From the human T2T-CHM13v2.0 reference genome, Homo sapiens: a stretch of 64,000 nucleotides of DNA. The stretch lies in assembly GCF_009914755.1 (NCBI RefSeq), contig NC_060938.1; one strand, 5' to 3'. This document shows positions 55,601-64,000 of this stretch, piece after piece. The number at the start of each line of letters is the position of its first letter. Position 1 is the first letter of the stretch. The notes beneath the pieces were generated by a model. It saw only the letters and a program-made list of their open reading frames with translations, was not told where the DNA came from and made no database searches. Position numbers and translations under genes: made by a program.

Positions 55601-58600
55601 ACAAAGTAAAAATCACTGTCTATCTCCTCTGTAAAGTTTTACATTAATTGGTTTAAATAAGAAGAAGAGCTTACATTAAATATTTTGTCAGAAAAGTGAG
55701 AAATGTAATGTCTTTTATTTAGTTCATGTGACTTGAGTAATTTGTGGGAAATAAAGACGGCTTTATAGATTATTGGTAAAATACATATGTCTTCAAAATG
55801 TAAACATGTGGTCTAAATTACGTTTAAATATTAGGTTTCCTTAATGCATTAAGGTCATAAGCTGCTTCTTTGGCTTTTGAGAATTGTTTAACCTGCCTGC
55901 TTTCCTGCTAGGTAAGGCCTGGGGACATGCAGTGTTGGCCGTATACCTAGCTGTGCTGGAAACAGTCAAACCTTATCAGAACAAAACTTAGCAGGTTTTA
56001 TGTTAAAATTCATCATATATCATGCAATTGAGACTACCAGAAACAGTTTTACATGCAAGGTGTTTAAGAACAGTAGAATTAGTGGGGTTGTTTTTGATAA
56101 AAGATTATAAAAAGTTTTTTCTTCTTTAAAATTTCTGAGTCATCATTTTGGTAAAATAAATAATTTATGGTGATCTGGATATCCAAAATCAAATTTCAGT
56201 TTCAGAATTGTCTTTCCCAATGCCTGGCTTTTTAGATGGATAAGAGGGCACCTGAAAACAACCAGAAGGGGGGTAAGTGGGATTATTTGACATGTTTGGG
56301 TACATGGGATTGCCAAAATGATGTTCAATCTTCTTTAGGTTATATTTTTGTGAATAATACTAATGTATTTTCTAGGATGATATGGCATTTCTAAAATTCT
56401 AATGTCTAAGTATGATTATTATGTTAAGTTATTGTAGACCACAGAAATAACCAAATTTCCTTGTATAAAGCTACTAACCCAAATAGAACAAAAAAATTAA
56501 TTGAATGCCGGGAAAATACTTTGTCAGATTTTCATGTTAAATCAGCTGATATTGAAATCGTTTGAAACAGTTTATAACCAGTGCTTGATACCATATTCCT
56601 GGGAAAACAATTACAGCATCACATACATTTGGTCATCTGGTGGTCCATTTAAACATTTGGTAAAGAGATTTCATTCAGTTGTTATTTTCAATGCATATTT
56701 TCTAGTTGTATGAAGGCTTTCCCACACAAGAGTCTGATGTTGTAATAGTGGATTGTTATGCTATTGTGTGTTTTCACCAGATGGGGAAAACTTTTTATGG
56801 TTTGGGTCTTCTCGAGGCATCAGACAGGGACTGTCCTTGCCATCCACACTGCAGCAAAACTTTGAGACCTTGGGCTTTGGGTTCATGGTCTCACAACTGA
56901 GAGGGGTCACTCCACAATCTTGGAACTGTACACCCATTGGAACCCTTGGGGTAAAACTTACCAGGGAGGTTTCTCCCAGGAGAAGGGTGCCATCCTTGAT
57001 GTGAATATCTTTTTCCAGGTTCATGGATTAAGACTTCTACTCTCATGAAACTCTTATCCTTGAATATTTTTTCTTGCTTGTGCCTCTATGATCAAAAGAA
57101 GTGAAAAGGAGGTCTCTTATGTGCACTAATGGGGTGTACTTTTATTTGTGAAGGAGTGTGCAGCCAGCCATACACATGGATAACCTTATACTTTGATGGA
57201 TAAAACATGAGGGCCCAATGTATGTAAGAAACTTTAGCGGTGCATACGTTGCCTCATAATCAGTCAAAAACAAAACATTGGTTCACTCCTCTTAGCCCAC
57301 ATCATGGGCTAAGGAGAGCATTGCCTGGAGACCTGCAGCATTCTAGAAGGGCATCATTTGTTGCATCCTTTTTCCATGGTTTAAGGTAAAGGAAGCAATG
57401 ATTGGAAGTGTGTCCCTCATGATAGGCCCTATAGCAGATTCTACTCTGAGAGCTATCGGTGCACAACAGACTTTGCATTATTCGCTTGTGAAAGTTGTGC
57501 TAAACAATATAATTGGCTAAACAGAAAAATACTGTGGCCTATGAGAAATACATCAAATGCAGATTATAAAAATTCAGTTGTAGGGGATTAATGTAAAAAA
57601 CAGTTAGTCAAGCGAGTAGACTCTTCATCTAACTCCTTTTTTAATCTATTAAATTTTGGGTGGTTTTGTTTGTGGGGACCCTGGTTGGGGAGAATGCTCC
57701 AAGCTCTTGGTGTTGTCCTCCCAATGGTCATTGTGGTGGTCCCCCTGGTGCACTGCATTTCTCAGAGATTTTGAATGTTTGTGTGCAGCTATCTCTGGGA
57801 CATCAAATGGTCTCTCTTCAACTAGTATGACAAGAGCTGAGGGAGATGTGCAACCATGAGGCCACCATAACCTATGAGTGACATGCTGAGACTGGAGGCG
57901 CAAAGTAATGATAGTTGAGTGTGGCTCTAAGGCCCTAAGTTTTGGTCGCAACCTAATCTGTTTGTTTGCATACTGTCACACTCTCACCTAAGTGGTCACA
58001 CTCTCACCTAAGTGAGAACCTGACCAAAAATAGGGAATTTTTTTAAACAAACTTCTGGAAGGCATTATTCTGGGCTAAGCTCATGCACTAGGCCCCAACA
58101 GACCAAACCAAACCAAAATGGAGTTGTTTGTGCTAAGACTTTAAGGAAACACATAGATCCTAGAATAGACCGGGTGTTGTTGTTTTCTCCTGCAAGTCTC
58201 TATAACAAACATTTTTGACTGAATAAGTATCCACCCCATGAAGTTCCCATTAAATCTTTTAACCAAATTCATTTCCTCTTGCCTGGAGATCATCAAACTT
58301 CAGATGATCATGCATCAAAGGTTCCAGCCAGTTCCAGGTGAAGACACCACCCCTGGGTATCAAGAAGCTAACCTGTGTCCACTAGACAGAGCAGGGCGAG
58401 AGTTCCATGATCCCCTATAGTAATGACTATGCCCCAAGCCAGCACGAAGCAGTTACAGAAAAAAGACCATTGGTCCCTCTGCCCCCCATAAAGATTTATG
58501 TGGATCACATCTCTCAAGGGGAAGATGAGGCAGGAAAACAGGGTCTAGAAGCAGGGAACTTAAGGCCAATTCACACTTCAGCTATGACAGGAAATATCCT

Positions 58601-58835
58601 CTCCACAGTAAATGACTTTGTAACTTTACTTCATCCTCCTCATTTACATAGGGCATACCCCAAGTAACCAATGGAATCCTCTAGAGGGTATTTAAACTCT
58701 GCAAAATTCTGTAACTGGGCCCTTGAGCCCCTATACTTGGGCCTGCTCCCACACTGTGGAGGGTACTTTCATTTTCAATAAATCCCTTCATTCCTTCCTT
58801 GCTTCATTTGTGCATTTTGTCCAATTCTTTGTTCA

Positions 58836-59288
<453 letters not shown>

Positions 59289-59772
59289 TCATGCCTTGAT
59301 TAGGAGTCAATATCATGCTAGTATATCTCTTCAGAAAATAGTTCAGGCTAATTTCAGATGTGCTAGAATTAACCCTCACAGCATGGAAGCTTTCCTTAAA
59401 CCAAAGTGTGGAACAAAAATATTGACTGAAACTCTGGATACATGTGCATGGCACGTAGTCTGGTAGGCTTTCCTTTAAAGACTAGTGAACACACCTCTTC
59501 ATTGGAAAGAAAAACAAATGGAAATTTGGAGAATTTTATTATTTGAGACTATTCATATTTCATATTCTTAGAGAAGATTATCCCAGTCTCATCCCTGGTT
59601 ACATTAACCTGCCTCAGTGTTTTCAGTAGAGGACAAGGGAAGAGGTTTGGAAACTCTCACTGTACAGTGTGCAGGTTTTACTTCATTACCCTATTTTCAA
59701 CCTGTCACTGTTGCTTTTGCCTCTCATTTAGGTGAAGCTCAGTTTGGCTCTCTCTAGTTCATGTATTTAGAT

Positions 59773-59987
59773 CAATACCAGCAAACATTTTTTCTCTAAA
59801 GAGCCAGATAATACATGATTTTGGCTTTGCGGAACATATAGCTTTTGTGGAACTACTCAACTCTACCCCAAAGCCACCATAGACAATATGTAAAGGAAAG
59901 GGTGTGGCTATGTTCCATTCACATTGTCTGTACAAAGTCAGGTGGCAGGGTGGCTTTGACCAGAAGGCTGTAGTTTTCTGACTTCTA
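59773..59987 (+). mobile_element. MER58A (hAT-Charlie)
   Basis: GAGCCAGATAATA, AACTACTCAACTCT, CCATAGACAATATGTAAA and GTGTGGCTATGTTCCA; homologous to 20757-20975. Confidence 0.85.
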
Positions 59988-60559
59988 ATCTATAGTGCAA
60001 AACTTGAGTTTTCTGCTTGGTGAGAGATAAATAGTTGGAATGTGGAGAGAAACTTAACTGTTTTACACATATTACTCAAAATTCAAATTTTAACTTCACA
60101 GCTCATTACCACTTTCTATAGTTCCTGGTTCCTGCACTTCCTGAGCGTCTCTGGAATTCTGTAAAAATATTTATTTACCTCTTATCAATTTATGCCCATC
60201 TAGAAATTCTCAAGTATTATAAGAGGTTCCTTGTTTTGCAAAGTCAGTAACTTCCCATATGCCTGTTTTCAGTCTTTCCAAAGGCCAAAGGCCCCCCCCA
60301 AAAAAAAGATAACCTTTCTTGACTATTTTAATCTTTCTTTTGCTTTTACCCTTTGGATTTTGCACTTTACATCTGTACTGTATTTTATTAGAGTATCAGT
60401 AAGAAGCAGGAGTAAAGTCATGTGTTTAACTGCTTCTCTTCTGCCATAAGCTGACCTCTTCTTTTTAATTTCAGATTTCTAACTTCCTTAATGTTTGCAA
60501 CTTTTTATTATACTCATAGCTACTTATTGATTATGGATTTAATCTCTTTATGAAGTCTG

Positions 60560-60660
60560 TCTGCTTGCCTGCCTCCCTCCCTCCCTCCCTCTCTCCCTCC
60601 CTTCCTTCCTTCCTTCATTTTTTCCTTCTTCTTTTCTCTCTCTCTTGCTTGCTTTTTTTT
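60560..60660. repeat. Pyrimidine-rich low-complexity tract (CCCT/CCTT)
   Basis: Seen directly. Confidence 0.85.
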
Positions 60661-62464
60661 GTGTGTTTGTAACTGCTGTGAATACATAGTGAGCATGGCA
60701 GTCTACCAGTAGTTATTTGAACTATAACTAAATCATGGATATGGGTATTTCCTCTTATCTAGAAATTGTCTTAATCTTTTCTGTTTTTAGTGAGATAAAT
60801 GTAACAAACATGAAAACAACCAGAGATCTGGGCCTGCGTGGCTTTTTCCCTATCTAGTTAAAGAAGGTAAATTAATATTGCTACACTAGATTTCACCAAG
60901 GTGTGTGTTAATAATTAACCCAATTTGGTTCAATTTAATAACTGTGGCTATAATGAATAACAAATATTTTGATTGGCTTAATATTTACTTTTAAAAATGT
61001 TGGTGCTGTTTGCACTATGATACACTTGACTTAATTGTTCAAATCAAATATTTAATATTATGTTAGATATCATATGGGCATAATATATATTGAAAGTTGT
61101 ATATAACAAATTTTCTAATTCTGCTGTAATAATTAATAAAGTATTTAATTTTAAAAATTATTTGCCACTGATCTTTTTGCCAATAGACACTTTACTTCCA
61201 GAGAATACTTACAAAGGAATAAGACAAATGAGAAAGGCATTTGTTTTCACTTTCCTCTAATAAAAAGAGTGAGAGGATATTTTAGAATATTAACCATTAC
61301 CAAAGTTTAACTGTTCGGAGTAATTTCTGTACATCTTGAGGTTTTATTTCATCTTAGAGTACTAAGATTAATTAGTATAAATTAAATTTGATCCAATCTA
61401 TTACCCACCTTTAATGATACATACTAATGTGGCAAAATATATATATAGTTTTATTACATTCATTTTATTTAGTTATACAGGACAGGAAACAGCATACTTG
61501 TATTAAGGCATGTTTATGATCTAAAGGAAACTTTTCCATCTCGGCAAGCTGTGGGGACTGATAAGTTCTTGAGCTAGTCACCCATAAACCACTGTGCAAT
61601 GACAAGTTTCTCTCAGTGAGATATTCTCTAGTATTCTACACAGAAACCAGCATGCTATAGATAGAACTGAGAAATAGTGTGCTCAGTCTGAGACCAATTG
61701 ATCTCACGGTAAGAATTTGAGTAGATACCCTAAAACTAAAATCACTGAATTTTTATCTTGCCAGCACACACATGCATGGACAGATGATTCACCGGCCTGC
61801 AGTATTAACTAGACGTTCCACCATATTTGTATTATTTTTATGGAGAACTTAGTTCCTAGTAAATTTCTTGTTTCATTGCATACATTTTAAAGAAATATGT
61901 TCAATGTTTTCTATAAAACTTGGTCTGAAATATAGGCAGAAAATCATGGTACCCCTTACAATATTACTACCAAGAAAGCTAGGAATTTTATAGAAAAATT
62001 AGCAATGCAATTGAAATGGAAGTCTCTAAGGTTTAGGTATTTTACCACCATATACCTTTTCAGGCAGAAATTGCTGATCCCACAGAATGGTGGATTGCTC
62101 TGTTAAGGCTTTATTAAAATGCTTACTAAAAGTGGAGGGATATCCTACAAAATGCCATATATTCTTTGAGCCTGCAACCAATAAATGGTTTTCCCCCCTC
62201 CCCCCCACTATACCTGGAAAACATGAGTCCAGGAAGCAAGGATAAATGTGGGAGTGTTTTTCTACCAATTGATTCTATTGACCCAGTCACAAAATATTGC
62301 TTCCCAACTCCAGCTAATTAAATTCTGTTGGTTTAAAAATATTCATATTCAAATAATGTTTTCACTAAAATAACCAACATTTTCATCAATCTACTTGCTA
62401 AGACTACCACCCAATTCTTTATGCCATTGAACCAATAGGGATGTTCAATATAATTCAGTACTCC

Positions 62465-62964
62465 TGTAATGACATGAGTGATTAACCTTAGTTATTTTAG
62501 AACATATCTTCATCTTCCCCTCCTGATCTATTTTTCACCACCTCCACTCAATTTTTTCCTGGGATGCTAACTTGCATAAATGATATAAAAAAATCTCTGC
62601 TTTCTTGTTGGTTTCAGCTAATGGAGGAGTCCTGGCAAAAGACCTGAAGGAGAGAGCGAAGTCAGGATATTTGTATTCCAGGGCTCTCCCTTTAAGGTTG
62701 CTTCATGCTAAATATTCACCTGCACTGAAGGTCACTGCTTCCCTGAAGACAGGTCATTACATAGAACCTTTGCTGTTTCATATTTACTTCATTGCATTGT
62801 CCTTTTAGGCATGAGCATTGCAACAGCTCAGTTGCAACAGAACCACTGGTTATGCACTGTCTATTGTGCTTTCCATCACCCATACCTTTGTAAATAGGCA
62901 GCTTTGTAAATAAAACTTGCCTATTCCAAGTGTGCACCTATTTCCTTTTAAGACACTAATAACA
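62465..62964 (+). mobile_element. Old ERVL LTR (LTR33-like)
   Basis: TTGTTGGTTTCAGCTAATGGAGG...GAAGTCAGGATATTT; 3' end with CATACCTTTGTAAATAG and ATTTCCT; 5' boundary uncertain. Confidence 0.55.
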
Positions 62965-63271
62965 TTTTAAAGGAATTGCTGGTAAACAATGAAACTAAGA
63001 AAGGCTATATTTAAAATCCAAGACAGTATCTTATGCCTCTTAGCAATTCCATGGCCAATGGTAAATTTTAAGGGACAACTGCAGTTACCCAAAACAGGCA
63101 GAGTCACTAATATGTTTGTCCCTTTAGAATGGAAGGTTTATGTCCAACAGGTAAAAAACGCAACCCATCGACGACAAAGTAAAATATGATTAGTGAAAGG
63201 AGGACTTACAAATACCAAGTCTAGCCTATTGATAATTTGCAGAAATGAGCATTTATAGTAGCTATGCTAAA

Positions 63272-63394
63272 TGTATATACATATATTTAAACATACACAC
63301 ATATATACACACACATATAGCTATTAATACACATATACATATATACACACACATATAGCTATTAATACACATATACATATATACACACACACAC
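63272..63394. repeat. (TA/CA)-rich tract with a 38-bp unit repeated about 2.4 times
   Basis: ATATATACACACACATATAGCTATTAATACACATATAC at 63301-63338 and 63339-63376. Confidence 0.9.
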
Positions 63395-63729
63395 TTGAAT
63401 CCAATAACAGGTATAATTTCTACTCATACCTTTACTGACTATTTTGTATAAAGTTTGTTCAGATCATTTAACTTGAAATTTTAACTTTTAAATTTTTGGA
63501 TCACATGAAGGAATTAGAATTGAAATAAAAGAGGAAAAATATCACCCAGAAGTGGATAGGATTCCATTTTAGGATTGTCAAGGGTAAGCAGGTCTGCACT
63601 TGTTTAAAATGGTTGCATTTTGATAGCCAAGAATAATGAAGTTGTGATTGTTAATTGGGATATAATTTTGGATAGAAAGAGCAATAGGGATGCTTATAGC
63701 CAAGGTGGTGGAATGTGCCTGGTTGCCTT

Positions 63730-64000
63730 TGACGGTGCAGCAGTACTTTCTTCTCTTTTGTACTCTGCAATATCACAAGGAATGAAAAATTGGACATTAT
63801 GTTTTCAGAATGCTTGCTAGCAAGACTCTAGGTTAGATTCTGCCAGGTATTCATTTAGGATTTGGAAGGCAGAAAAGAAGCACAGCCATATTAATGTACC
63901 TCCAGCAGTGGCAGACATGCTCATGGGCCTTGATAAACAAGCATCCTAGAGGAGTTTATTGAAGAGAGCTGCTTTAGTTATGCAGGCATCTTTGATCTTA
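63730..64000 (+). mobile_element. Old ERVL LTR fragment (LTR16/41/50-like) running off the window
   Basis: GCTTGCTAGCAAGACTCTAGGTTAGATTCTGCCA...GATTTGGAAGGCAGAAAAGAAGCA. Confidence 0.5.

Overview
AT-rich, CpG-poor primate (human-like) intergenic or intronic DNA, dominated by interspersed repeats. I find no intact protein-coding gene, RNA gene or CRISPR array, and I cannot support a previously undescribed biological system here. The clearest features are: (1) a full-length, disabled RPS27A (ubiquitin-S27a) processed pseudogene on the minus strand (4603-5138); (2) a young 5'-truncated L1PA element carrying a ~200-bp 3' transduction inside a perfect 16-bp target-site duplication (TSD) (10025-11944); (3) a ~11-kb MER57-like ERV1 provirus containing nested Alu, MSTA, THE1B and MER66-like insertions (27388-38335); (4) a two-LTR MER61-like provirus with a mosaic internal region (52214-59201); (5) many Alus, old L1M/L2 fragments and DNA-transposon relics; (6) two small AT-rich palindromic arrays. 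Subfamily names come from recalled consensus sequences, not from a RepeatMasker/Dfam run, so they should be verified. Boundaries of old elements are approximate.
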